A stretch of 61,723 nucleotides of DNA, the filler included, from Choristocarpus tenellus KU-1152 (taxonomy: Eukaryota > Protista > Phaeophyceae): the NCBI GenBank assembly GCA_964200185.2. It is 9 parts of 9 records of this genome, joined end to end, with 100 filler letters (N's around TTAATTAATTAA, not from the genome) between each part and the next. Parts side by side here need not be neighbours in the genome. Positions count along the whole stretch, not along the records: positions 37,752 to 44,766 come from CAXNAD020006860.1; positions 44,867 to 48,547 come from CAXNAD020018546.1; positions 48,648 to 54,743 come from CAXNAD020008947.1; 6 more parts are not named here. The stretch is one strand, 5' to 3'. A program made the translations under genes and the position numbers. Shown piece by piece: positions 39,271 to 52,779 of the stretch. Position 1 is the first letter of the stretch. Every line of letters begins with the position of its first letter. Under the pieces are notes generated by a model, which worked only from the letters and a program-made list of their open reading frames with translations, made no database searches and was not told the origin of the DNA.

Positions 39271-39904
39271 AATACCTCCATCCATACAATACGCAAACAG
39301 ATTTGTTATGTGGTACGGTGTACGTACGGTACGAAATGTTTAGGACTGTACGGTACATTATCCACTTCTAGCTGCCTCTTCCTTCTCGACAGGTGACTCC
39401 TAAAGCATTTGTCTCCTGCCGTGTCTTCAGACAAAAACGCGAGCTCGATCTCCCTCAAGAGAGGCACGTGGTAACTTTCTATCTGCAGTCTTGGAAAAAA
39501 CACCATCTGTGCGCCTGGTGCAGTAGCACAATCTTTCGGTGTAGATCAAGGAAGGAGAGCTACGTCTAAATACATTGAAGTACTGGCCTGGTCATCCCGT
39601 CATAGATAAATGATAAATCACCCACCTTCACAACATCTCTTTCTTCCCTCACAACCACTATGCAGCTGTCACTGTAATTCGAGGTACTAGCCATAGATAT
39701 GTCTGCACTAATTCACATCATCCACAAACGGCATTAAGGTTAGGGCTTGGGTCGATTTAGAGGAAGGGATATTTGTGAGAATATAAAGTCGGTTTATTCC
39801 GCAAAAATACTTGCTTGCTGATAGACTATGATTTGCTATCTCTCAAGCGTGGTCAGTGCACCGAATGGGCAGGGTGTACTTGAACAAATGGTAGAGTTGA
39901 TCCT

Positions 39905-40409
39905 GAGTCAAAGTAAACGAGAGTTAACAAGAGTCGCATTATACGGATGCTGACAAATATGTCCAAAATTGGACTTTTTTGCAAAGATGCATAGGTTATG
40001 TTCTGACTTATATCGGAAACGTTTTGAACAGAGAGGCAAAGTAAACGAAAGGTACCCAGCGGTTTTGGGAGTTTTGCACTTAAAGCAATTTTTTATATCT
40101 TCGGTGATTCACTCATATTTCTAGGGATGAAGTGCTAAAATTGATTTGAGAGTATTGATTTTTCCTTTGTTTGAACATTTTCGACAGAATGTAGAAAATT
40201 CCCTACACTTATTTTTTCAATACGCCTAAATTTCCACAAATTTCTCAACATAAAAAAATGTAATGCTGTATATGTCTCGCTCACTTTGGCTCAGAATAAT
40301 AAACACTCTCAAGTGAAAGTTAGAACAGAAATATGTGTGAATTGCGTAAGATTGACAACTTAAAATGCAAAGCCGTCAAAACCTGGGTACCTCTCGTTTA
40401 TTTTGGCTC
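39905..40409. mobile_element. MITE family C with a second family C copy nested at 40033-40292
   Basis: Outer TIRs gagtcaaagtaaacgagag / ctctcgtttattttggctc; inner gaggcaaagtaaacgaaaggtaccca / tctcgctcactttggctc. The outer halves rejoin to match 59459-59718. Confidence 0.78.
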
Positions 40410-43247
40410 TCATACCCATAGATTGTTCCTCAAATTGTTGTCAGCTGTACAGTCTCGCAGAAACAGGAGGCATTTAATCTCTGCCAAGATCTTGGAACCA
40501 AAATCTCTCTGCTATGTGGTGTGGATACCGTAAGTGCTATCCATTGGTGTACTGTAGATACACAGATTTACTCATGCAGTTAGTTCTCCAGGTGTCTACT
40601 ATCGTGGGGGTTGGAAGGGGATTACCATTGATGCAACATCTTGCCGCTACGCCAAGAAGTAACTTCGGAAAATTGAAGGTTACCGGGTATTTTGCCTAAG
40701 AGTGCCTGCAGTAATACCACTCCCTTTTCCTTAAGATCCTCCCTTTACATACACAATTTGACTCCGTGGACCCTGCTGTATCTCTTCAAGGAGGAACTGC
40801 AATCTACGGACCTAGGTCCTTCCGTCCACCCTAGGCATCTAGTTCTCTACTGTTAAGAATTGTCCGTGAATCCCGTTAGTGATGTCATATTGCTTATTTC
40901 AATAAGTCGCCATGGTGAGTCAAAGTGTCATGTCAGAGGACTCACGTTTTGATATTGTGAGTCAGCCCTCGTATTGGTTGTATTTCCCTGAGGTTCTAAT
41001 TCATATTTACTTCATGGATACCATCACCAGGCACCAACTACTTGCAGATTACGAGTTATAGTAAAGGAGTGTGTGGGGTGCAAAGATAAAGTCTGTGGCT
41101 TGTACGCCGAACTTACCGCTCCATATGGGCTACACATACCTCGGCTGCCGAAAGATTCAAGTAGAAGCTGTTCCCCACTGATCGGTGAGGTAGAAGTGAT
41201 ATCAAAGAATACCTTCAACCGTTCAAACACAATACTTCCATTGACTTCTTCTCCCTCTCCCTTTTCTATATCTTTTCTCTTTTCCTCTCTAAGTTTCGAT
41301 CACTGGACAGTTCTGCAGGCATTGCACGATTGCAAATACTACGCTACCATTCGCGAGTCGTCTATAGACAATCCTCGCCGTTTCTACGCCGAATGCTCTA
41401 CTCACCTTCCAGGTTTGCTCGGTTGCTCGTCGTCTTTGGTGCAGAGGCTGTCGATGTTTTCCGATTATATGAGGTTGTGACTGTTTGTGGTGTTGACATT
41501 GACTGACACTCACTCCTGTTCCTTCGAACCGTCAATAGATCTACCGCACTTGGTTACTCCAGGAAAAGGTATACCACGTTTTGCCTACAGAACCACCACC
41601 TAAACAACGATGTTCCCCTCTTCTTCCACTTTTTTGCGACACTTCTTGTGTCTATTCTCCAAGCACCTCTTCACATGGGTACCTCTGGTTTCATATTTCG
41701 GCAGGATCAGTCCAGGCAATATGTTGCTCTTTTTTTCGTGTTAGGTTGGATGCTTATATTGCAGAACACTGTCGCCTTCGGAGTATGGTCCCCATCATCA
41801 GAATCAATGACTTTACGCCCCCCTCGAGCGATTGGGTTCACGTCTAGCCTCCACTCGACACATGTTCCGTTAATCGATGGCGAATTGACTTTACTGTGCT
41901 GTGGTAGAGGGCGAGATCTATCGACATCGCGGGCTTGGAAGTCAGGCTTCAAGCGAAAGGTGCTAACTACTTCCATCACAACGATTTCGAGTCATGTTTG
42001 AAGCACTTGTAGGGCAGGTCCTTGCCGTTGCAAATTGCTGTTCATATTTCCCGAGGATGCATACCTTTTCTAACGTATTGATCGTTTGTTCACTAGAGTA
42101 TTGGTAGGGGACGCCTGGATCGATTTTTTTTGTATTGGTTCAAATCCTCCCTGTATCTGTATTGTTGCATAGATGGTGTTGGCGTATTTGGTGTTTCCTT
42201 GGCGAACTGTAGTGATGATCCCTGTTGGAGTGGTTTCTGTTGAATGATTGTAGAGAAAGGGGGGCTAATAATGCTGCAAGGCGACCGTCATTGGTGTAAG
42301 GTCAATGCTGGGAAGTGGTCTCTGCTCTCCCAACTTATGTGTCGAATCCCCATCTCTCCCAAATCGTGATACCCAGCTTTTCTGGTCGACAGTAGTGGTT
42401 CATGATAGCAATTACCCGGTGCATTCAACTCAGCAAAGAGGACTTGTCGCTATGTCAAGGGGGATCGAAAAGTAAACGATCCCCAACTCAGTGACAGTTC
42501 GTCTGCCACTCAATTGTTGTATATCCTCGACTCCTCGTACTCCTTGCCGAGACATAGCATTGCAGCCTTGGGACGGGCTCGAGCGTTGCTCCTTCTTTAC
42601 CTCTCCCTTTATTGTTGCCGTACCTACTTCCCTGCTCGCTCATATATATGCCTCCAGGTTGTCGTGTTCCATTCAACATGGATTTCGATTCTCAGCAATG
42701 CCTCGTAAAACATGAGAACTCTGTTCCAGGACAAGAACAAGCTTCAACAAGCTGAATAGTGTACTGAATTCAAAGATACACGGGGAGATCGTTTTCCCCA
42801 TTTGGTTTCCTTACGACGACTCACACCACTTTCGTTCGTCCCACGCCTTCATTCTCCCCTACCAATACACGAACCTCTCCCCTCACATCAATTCACCATC
42901 AATACCGACTGAAGATTATTCATTAATGGCATCATGGATATCCACCAGATTTTAGGTCAAGGTCCCAGCATGTTGCCTATGCTCCCGTGCTGTGTTATCC
43001 CTTGCTCCTTCCCCCTTGACCCAGCACCATCAACTTCCAAATGATTCTCCCTTTGTCTCCCACTCTCTAGGTGCCCGACTCAGTTGTCACCTTACTGCCA
43101 CTTCACCTCGCCCGGTGTATGCTAGATACGCACCGCCCTCTACAAAGGTAGCCCCAGCCTTCTTAATACTAACTCTCCCCTCCCTCCCCTCCCACCCCTC
43201 CCTCCCCTCCCTCAACGGTCTTTAAATTCATCCATCCAAAGCCTTGT

Positions 43248-43598
43248 ATGTCTGCTGGCAGATCCCTTTCTAGTCTTGCCACAAAATCACTAGCAGGGGT
43301 TTATATTCCCCAAACAATTGCATCAGTGGCATCAGTGGGAACAGTGGGGGGAGTGATCGCAACGGCCTCTGCACCTGCTATCACCTCTTGTTTAGTGCCT
43401 GCTGCTCTTCTGCAGAACCAGCCTTGTTGGTACCTGTGGATGGTACTTACGGCTGCATCAGGAGCAGGTCTGTGGTCAGAGCGTACAAGATGGGGGGCAG
43501 CACTGAGCTCTCCTCTTGTCACCATGTTGTTGACTGTCACAATGTGCAACCTTGGGCTGGTACCTTCCACTTCGCCAGTGTATGATGTCGTCAACAAG
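43248..43598 (+). CDS. Exon of a DUF819 (YjcL-like) membrane protein; 5' boundary uncertain
   Basis: W..W......GLWSERTRWGAALSSPLVTMLLTVTMCNLGLVPSTSPVYDVV is the DUF819 N-terminal pattern; donor AAG|GTATAG after 43598. Confidence 0.78.
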
Positions 43599-45879
43599 GT
43601 ATAGTATGTATGATTTTTTATATAGAGGTTTTTTTAGAATGACAAATTTTATTTTTGGTGCTTTTGAGTTATTGCTGAGAAGATTGTTGATCTATCACTG
43701 TAGATAGTGGAATAATGCTACTAGGTTGGATGACAAAGGATGGGATGGTGATGTGAATGGGGGGAGGGGAGGGGGCTTGGATCATGTATAAGCATTTGTT
43801 CTTTACAGGTTTGTTCCGGCTTGGTTGTAATTGTGGTCGTTAAATGGGTGCTAATTGTTGTATCACCTCCACTGAGTGATACCGTTTCACATGCATAGAA
43901 TACTCCTGTGCCACCCAGGGCTCTTGAACAGGTTGAGACATTTTCGTACTTCCTGATAAGTTGCTCTAAACTGCAGTTCATATGAAAATGCTTCACATGA
44001 CTGTGATTACCTCTCATTCAACCAAAAAAATCTTGCTGCCCAAGAGAAAGGTGATCCATCATTGGTCGGTGTCAATCTAAACCCCAGTCGCTTTTCTTAA
44101 GCCTGTACCTATTAACCAGACTCAAGGGATATTTTATTGCAAATATATATATTTACATATGAATATATATATGAATTCCCACAAGTCTATAAAAATAAAA
44201 TAAAAAATCGCTAGCTGCTACAGGTTAGCTTTTTCCTCTGCTCATTGCTGTATATCAAGCAGTCTGCCATACACGAGGAAAAAGAGAAAGAAGTATCTCT
44301 TTGAACTCCAACGCTGAGCAGAGTGAGAAGTGCGTAACCTCCTGTGGCGTATTAAAAAAAAAAAAACTGCGGCGCCAAACGAGCACACCTTCTTCAACAT
44401 TGTAGGGACTGGGGCAATGCTCCCAGCCGTTAAAGGAAATCTTAGTTCCTCAATACAATGGTGTGTCAACCACCCACTGTTCAAAATATTTGGTTGAAAG
44501 CCCTGAAGGATGGAGTGATCGCGTATGTATGTACCCGTGGATCATATCAGTGTACCCTCGATTGTAGTTCCCCTGCCTCGAGCAATCTCATGGAAGCCTT
44601 TCTCTTTTTCCTCTAAAGAATGCTTGCATGCCGTGATTTGTTGAGAGTTATTTTATTGGACAGTCTTGCAACCTGTAGCCAACTCCTGTTCCCCCCCCCC
44701 CCCCCCCCCCCCCCTCCCAACATACTTGTTCGTCCGTTTGCTTTTTTTAGTAGGAAAGCGAGAGGANNNNNNNNNNNNNNNNNNNNNNNNNNNNNNNNNN
44801 NNNNNNNNNNTTAATTAATTAANNNNNNNNNNNNNNNNNNNNNNNNNNNNNNNNNNNNNNNNNNNNCCCCCCCAGATAGTTTGAGCCCCATGCCCTAATA
44901 ACCCTGATGTCCTGAGGATATTGCAAAGATGCCTCCAACTTGCCTAAATCCACCCCCGCTCAGCTCTGATATGAGCCACTCTGACGCAGACACAAAATCC
45001 ATGAATTGAACACACATCCAATGGCGTCCAAAGTCTTCTCTCCTAGCCTTTCCTGTTGCTCCCCCTAACTCCGTAGCGAAGTGTAGCCTGCAAGGAGTGG
45101 GGGCATTCTGTTGCTTACTGTGTAGATAGCGCCGAGCAAGAGGAAGGAGCAGTATATGGTCGACTCACTGAGAAAGACGGGGAAATCTACCACTGCAGTA
45201 GTACACATTACAAAAAAGGGGATTGAATATACACAGAGGCAAGCACACTTACAAGATTTCAACTGCAAGCACCAGTATACTTTTCCAGTCTTTCAACAAA
45301 AACGGTTTTAGGAGACAAGAGAGGCATGGGGAAAGCCAGCATTATTACTCATTTATTATTATTCAAACCTGTACCATGAAGAGGATAACATATTAGAGCA
45401 CCCTTGGAGTACTAGGGAGAACCTAGAGTGAAGTCTAACCCCAGTCAACAACGAATTAAGAGACAATTACTTACGAATTAAGAGACATTGTGGATATTGA
45501 CCAAGATTTGGGTGTTCCTCACGATTATTTTCGGGTTATGATGCGACCACAATGTCCGAATATTTTACCTTGAGAGTGGTGGCTTCCTCTCCTGCCGCAG
45601 GTACTGAGTGTAACCCACTAAGTGAAGGCAGTCTAGGATGAGGTCCATCAAAACCAAAGAATTGCCTACAATGGCACAGGACACAGGACGTTATATCAAG
45701 TAGAGATTTAGGGCAAGTATGGTCGGTGTTGGGGTATCGACAGAGGTCGTCTAGGTCTTGGTCCATGTTTGGGGTTTAGTATGCTGAAGTTAGGTGACAG
45801 TGACTCTGTCCTGATTGGAAAAAAGCATCCAAAGCGAAACACCAAAAAAGAGGTACACCTTTAAGTAATGTAATATTAC

Positions 45880-45958
45880 CGGTAACACCGACTGACTTCG
45901 TAACCGCCAATTTTTCCTGGAGTTCCTCTTCCTCTTCACAGACTCCAAGTCTCTTCCC

Positions 45959-45997
<39 letters not shown>

Positions 45998-46415
45998 CCT
46001 CTCTCCTATTTTCGTCATATTTTCTCTTCCTGAGTCAGCTACGGACACCAAATTTGTTCGACTTTCCATCCCTGTCTTTGCCCCCACCCCTGCCCCAGAA
46101 CCTTCCCCAGATCCGTCACCCGCCTTGTACTGCTGCGGGGCACCCAACAATTGCCCAGAGGAGCTCAAAAGCCCTCTTGGTGGCACAGTTGAGGAAGAAG
46201 ATTGCACCTCTGATACAGTTGCACCTTCCCAAAATCTACCTTCAGCCTCCAGTCGTGCCTCAGGCACTGTTCTATCCTCAGACTCGGAGAACACTCTTGA
46301 CCCTGGCATAGACTTAGCCCAAGGATCGCTTCTCCTCTTTTCTACTTGCTGTTGATGCCTGGCACTGAACCGTTTGTTGCCATTGCAATGAACTTCATTG
46401 AAGGCCCTCATGTGC
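45880..46415 (-). CDS. Probable internal exon of an unidentified gene (low complexity, poly-Q)
   Basis: Lies in a long ORF, purine-rich coding-like composition, plausible AG acceptor and G|GTAATA donor; no domain recognised. Confidence 0.4.
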
Positions 46416-46614
46416 CTTTCAGGCAGAGGAGGGAAACATAAGGTGTCCGAGAGAAGTGATGCGCACACGTGTGCATTTGGGAATTGGGTAGGATGAGTTG
46501 TATTGAGAGCAAGGGGTGGGGAAAGTGCCAGCACCTTCTTTTAGTGTCTATGGAGATTCTACAAGTTGCAGTCTTCATGCCTTCAACTTTCAACCGAATA
46601 CATAAACTATTTAG

Positions 46615-46741
46615 GACCCAAAGTATCTGTTGGGGGGGGGGGGGGGGGGGGGAGAAGTATACAACCAAGGGTGTAAGTGGGAAAAAAAAAAGGAAAAGGG
46701 AACTACAAAATACATTTGTAAAATACAACAANNNNNNNNNN

Positions 46742-46780
<39 letters not shown>

Positions 46781-46937
46781 AGTAGTCTACACCAGGGTGT
46801 CCATTTGGACCATAACCAGGAAAAGTGCATCTACAATATCCATTTGACATATACAACCAAATCATCCAAAATTCACTACATGAAAAAACTGGCCCCAAAT
46901 GGACAGCCGCCACCTCCCCCTCCAGATATTTTGAGCC
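46615..46937 (+). mobile_element. MITE family B spanning a small N gap; further partial B ends at contig edges (about 13950, 44885, 48707, 58026-58094)
   Basis: TSD TTAG at 46611-46614 and 46938-46941; both TIRs present. Confidence 0.8.
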
Positions 46938-49900
46938 TTAGCTAGTTTATCGAAAGGCAGGAACCTGTTTGCATGATTGTGTTGTGATAAAACGTCACAC
47001 TTGTAGACAACAAGAACAAGAACAGGGCAAGAAGGTGGAAACTTAGATTCAATGGACGGAACTAATGGCCTGTTGGAGTCATGCTGGCAATGTCAACAAC
47101 TTTAACATTCAGGGGGGGGGGGAGATGAATGATACAAAAACGCGATGACTCTGTCAAAAGCATCGCATAATATGTGCTAAAATGAACCAATAGGGTGCAT
47201 TTGGCCCTGAAATGTGCCCTACCCCCTCAACGTTGCCACAACTTCTCATTGTGTGTCAAAGAGATATGAGTGCCACTATTGCAGCGGTGTAGTGGGTATC
47301 TCATTACCTTAAAAAGCTTCACCTAACCTACTCATTTGACAAAACTATTATGAATGACAACTGGAGCGATTTACATAGCTTATCGTAAACCTTCCTCAGA
47401 ATGAAATAGTAGTTAGAGTAGTCAGAAATCTCCGAGTATCATCGAACCCGATATAATATGGTAACAAGAGAACAGGAGTGTTCTTCTTACTTACCCATTT
47501 CCCCTCCTTGATATGTCCCCCTCCCAGACACCATTTGGCCTGTTGGACTGCAGGGTTACATCATCACATACCATTGAACCTTGAGAGAACGGCGACGATG
47601 TCTTGATGCAGCACCCGCAGGAAAAGCAGAACAACAAGAGTCGATCATTCATTAGTGTGCTTGTTCAGGTTTGGAGCGGAAATTGCAAGTCAAAAAAATA
47701 TTTAGATCGGAGAATAAGTTAGTCTTATTTACTGCGCCATGATGTTTGCAACACACAGCACTGCAATGGCCTTGAAGAGGAACCTCGACCGCCATGGTGA
47801 CACTACCTCCAAAACGTTTTGTGGTGAAGCAAAAAAACGCTGTATGAAAGGAAAAGAGAGGATATCTATCAGACACAGATAAGACAGAACAACTGAAGGA
47901 AACCATCATCTACGACTAGAACAACTGCGAAATCCAAATGGAAACAATAATCCTAGGGTTGCACGTTCAAACAATGAACTCAATCAACAACACACCTATC
48001 ATACAAGCGTGCAATTCTAGTCAGAAAACAAAATTCAGTCCTCACAGGTCGAGCAAAAGCAACACCACACCCAAATGATGTTCTAGGTACATCACCACCA
48101 AAATTTCTTGGCTCCTCCGACTATAACAAAAACATCTCACTCCCCTCGAGTGTGTTACACATGTATGCCAATCCTCACATGCGGTGGCTGTCCTTCTCCC
48201 TTCCTGGACTCATCAAAGGCAAAGTGCATTGATCCACTCTTAACCCAGTCCCCTTCCCTCCCCCCGTTGCTGATATTGTCACCAACACCCAACACCATGC
48301 CTCCAACAACATCCTGCTCATAGGCCACACCATTTGTTCTTGACTCCGCCCAACCCCTCTCACCTATCCACCTCCCATTCCCAATACCTCCCTCACATTC
48401 ACCAGAACCTCCACTGCAACCCCCACCGTTACATACACCCAAATGCCGATCTTTACCCTCACCCTTGCCTCTCTTGCTACGCTGCCCCCCAGCTACACCC
48501 CCCCCACCCCCCCCACGCCCCCCCCAGGCTGGACCCTCCAATTCTCCNNNNNNNNNNNNNNNNNNNNNNNNNNNNNNNNNNNNNNNNNNNNTTAATTAAT
48601 TAANNNNNNNNNNNNNNNNNNNNNNNNNNNNNNNNNNNNNNNNNNNNATTAAAAAACTGGCCCCAAATGGACAGCCGCTACCCTCCCCCCCCCAGATACT
48701 TTGAGCCTCCATTAACCTCAACGTTGATAGAGGGCATGAGGTAAATCGGAAAATAAAGACTTACCCTCTAACACAAACTCACCGTTCTTCTCATGGTTGT
48801 TTTTTCCACGCAGTCTGTGGACTTTGCCACCCTTGTCCCTACCGACCCCACTACCACCTCATCAGCCGATTTCGGAGATGGGGGGGTGTCAAATCTCGTT
48901 CGAGTGGACAAATGTGTCCGTGGCATCCCTGGGGAAGTAGTGTTGAAGTATCCCACACTGGACCTGCGGTTAAGGTTATCAATCGTGTGTGTTGGTAGAG
49001 GAGAATGCTCTTTGGTGTGAGTATATAATGTTAATGTTGCAAGGGGCTTATGGTCCTAGTTCCGTTGACTGAACTCATGGGACTCACAAACAACTAGTGG
49101 CATCCATTACTCTTCCTATATAGAGTGGGGTTTGCAATCGTCCACACTAACTGACTATGAATCACCTTGTTGTCTTCAGTATAACCAAGCGCATCTAGAA
49201 CATGACACAAATCAGTGGACATCAGCAAGTCATTACATCCTATTATGTACTCCACTAGTGGAGTCTAGAGTGTATCAGGACCAATGTTCACAAACAACTA
49301 GAGGCAAGGATGCATTCGTCTGCCAGGTGACTGTCTGCCTGTGACAGATTGGTTGTGGACGTGGGACATTAATCTACCTAAACCCCTTCTTTTAACCTCA
49401 ACATTGATTGAGGACTATGAAGGGAATAAAAATATTACGACGTGCCATTTGTGGATCCAGATGGAGAGGTTGAGAGGTGAATGGTGAGGTTGTGCTTCAA
49501 TTGTTGATCACTCCCGATTAGTGTATTTCTGATGTGGAGAAGAGTGATGAGGGCTACTGTGATGGTGATGAGTCAGTTTTGGTGTCAATGACTTCTTCTC
49601 TCTCAACCGGAAATAGCCTTGTTATTGACAGTTGCTTGGCCTTGAGATCAATGGTGGTGAGCTCCGGATCAACATCAACAAATGGCCTAGTGAGAGGAAC
49701 AGGGTGAATTATCAGGACACACTAGAGCAAGAGATAAAGGATATGGTGATGATGGTGATGATGGTGATGGTGGAGGAGGATGGCGAAGGAGGGGTGAGTC
49801 TTTCCCTCCACCTCTTTCGTGGAAGTAGCACCATATTTTCTTCAATTAATTGAAGGCGAAGGCGATAGAGAATGGATTAGATCGGGTCTGCACATTGCTG

Positions 49901-50407
49901 CACAAGGCAAAAAAGGAGTTCTTGAGCTCTTTTTATACTTGGACAGCCTTAGTGCAGACAGATAAGCTGTCAGACAGTTCTTTGAAGGGTGTATATAATA
50001 TGTGGTTCTATTATTCTCTGAACAAATAACATTGTAGGGATACAAATAATACCAGAAATAATAATAGAAGGTTACAAACAGGTAGGCGACACTTTTTTAA
50101 TGTTCCACTTTTTTTGAGGCCTTAGACCGGAAATGGTGAAAGACACGTTGAACCTGGGCTTCCACCAAAATTAAGTCGAGTTATAAAATAGTGATAAGGT
50201 CGTCCACTTCAGGTTCACACACGGTTGCCTTAAAATGTGGCGCCAACTCTATATTCTGTAACATTATGCAACATCAGAAGAATAAACAATAAAACGAAGG
50301 TAGAGAAGTAGTTTCAGTCGTAGTATTGCCATGGTAGGAATAACCTTCCCACAACAAATATCAGGTTTTCTTTTTTTTCCGTCCTTACTATTACAGACTA
50401 TATAAAG

Positions 50408-50632
50408 ACTTAAAACAGCCAATTTCAAAAATTGAGGATGGAGCTTTTCATTGAGGATGGTCTTGACCCAAAATTGACTGGGATAAAGTGACGATATGTT
50501 TTTTTTGGTATTGTTTTTGTATTGTAATTAAAAAATATATATATATCGACACTTTTTCCCAGTCAATTTTGGGTCAAGCCCATCCTCAATGAAAAGCTCC
50601 ATCCTCAATTTTTGAAATTGGCTGTTTTAAGG
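50408..50632. mobile_element. Foldback-type MITE with ~90-bp TIRs
   Basis: cttaaaacagccaatttcaaaaattgaggatggagcttttcattgaggatgg... is mirrored at about 50543-50631; flanked by TAAAG at 50403-50407 and 50633-50637. Confidence 0.85.
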
Positions 50633-52779
50633 TAAAGGTGTACATCAATTTCGGTGAAGGTTGGTAAAATACTCCATTGAAATAACTGATCAGTAGAGAA
50701 AATCTGACCTCAACGACATGACAGGGTTGAAAGGTAGTCGAATGTCATCTTACTACTTGTACAATATATAGAGAAGTACGAAGTAAATAGGAAAAATAAA
50801 GATAGTTTTGGAACTATACAGTTCGATCAATACATCATGATTGAGTAACACAATAATTTCATCGAGAAGGAACCAATACAGCTTACACCTTACAACAACA
50901 TACTTGACTAAACGACAATATATATTATTTATATTATTATGCCTTGTGACATTTTGGATATCTGAAAAATTCTTAAAGGAGTAACAGTTGTCAGAAATGT
51001 GAAAAATTATTGTGGTATAGTAATATATTATAATATGCTAGATAATCTGTATGTATGCGAAAATGGAAGAGAAAATAAAACCGAAAACTATGGTAATTCC
51101 CAAATAAAAGAAAAACGAGTGAGAATGATTGTCTGTTCGCTTGAAGGTCTTGAAGAGTGTTTCCTACAACATCGAGATAGATGGTATACTGGACATTGAG
51201 GTTTCTTCATTATTTCTCGGAAATGTGTTTCAACCATTGAAAGTGTAGGTACAATGTTACGGATTGAGCACAAAGTGGAATATACTACATGTATGTATAT
51301 TATGAGAAATAGCTCTACAAGTGTAGTGAAGTGTAGTAGTGTGCTTCTGACTACCAACGTAGAGTGGATGGTGTGGATTGTCTAATTTAAAGTGATAAAA
51401 AAACGTATTGACTCAACACAAGACAAACAACACAACAACAAACACAGCAACAAAAATATGAAGTTCCCTAATTCCATGATAATACTCTCACCAACTTCAA
51501 TAGTCAGGTGGTAGAGAGTAGACCTCTCACTATAGACCAACAAATACTACACATTAAATTGTAACATATATATATATATATATATATATGGATGCATACG
51601 ATGAAACAACAGAACTCTGCATAAATTTGATGGATACTACTTCCTACTTGTATAACAAATTCTACACCATGAATCCTTTATCGTATATACACCGGTTTCA
51701 TTTCGGTGTTAGGAGGGACTTCTCTCATTTCTCTTGGTGTTCATAAATGACATGTATTTCCTTTCTGTCATTATTTGTGTCCCCATCACCGCGTGTAAAT
51801 CAACAACAATAGTCATCAATGTATAAATCGAGTATGATTTTGTGCGCGCGGAAGAAAACAACACAAAAAGTAGAAACAAATCATAAAACTCGGGAAAAGA
51901 TGCGGCGAAAAATTGAGATGATCTGTTTTGTATCCCCGAGGTTTCCGGCTGGTCTTGACACCTAGCCAAAAAGAAGATCGAGACCGCTAATCCGTAAAAC
52001 ATGACGGTGTGAAAACGTACCAACCCCTTCGGCGAAGGCCGTAACTGGAAAAGTGCACAAACTTTGCTGTGCTTCAGCTAAAGCTGTTGTTGAGCATCCA
52101 TCGTATGATCCTACGCTACTGGCGACATTGGTGAAAGTGACACATTGTCATAGACCAACAATTGTACAACTCTGAACATACTCTAGTGCTGATTGGTGGA
52201 CACAAGCTACTTGGGTCGAAGAGAGTGGAGAAGGGAGGCCTCGTCGGGGACGAGAGAGAGGCGGTGAGGATGTGTGATGTCGCTGTATCCCCTTAAGCTT
52301 GACCATTTTGGACTCTAGGCACCAACACATGGATCAAGTCGTCGTAGCTTTCCCCTGTACCCAAAGGCGTAGTACATGTGACAGCTTAAACAACTTAAAT
52401 TATACTTCCAGAAGAGAAGTGGGGTGGACAAGTATTGCATACACACGTTGTGAGTCGAAGTCTGTCCGGATTGGTCCAGGTCAAGATTGCGACAAAAAAT
52501 CCCAGGTCTGATAGCTGCAATGAAAACGCAAGGGTCAGATTGTGTGGGAAGGACATTGTTCATGTGATGTAACTTTTCCCTCATTATTGTCTCACCCTCT
52601 TTCTTCTGCGCTCTACTGATTAATAGTATAATGGCTGTGCTTCCCTCTGTTGGTCGATGTTCACGAAACCAAACTTGTCTTATGTTCATCCAAGAGTCAG
52701 ACGGGCTTTCCCCAGCACACATGAACCTTAGACCCCGAACCCGAATGCTATTTCCCAGCAGACTCCGGACTCTTCGATC

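Noticed and set aside
40550-42750. Possible degenerate transposon coding region
   Set aside because: Many short overlapping ORFs, but no motif could be recognised.
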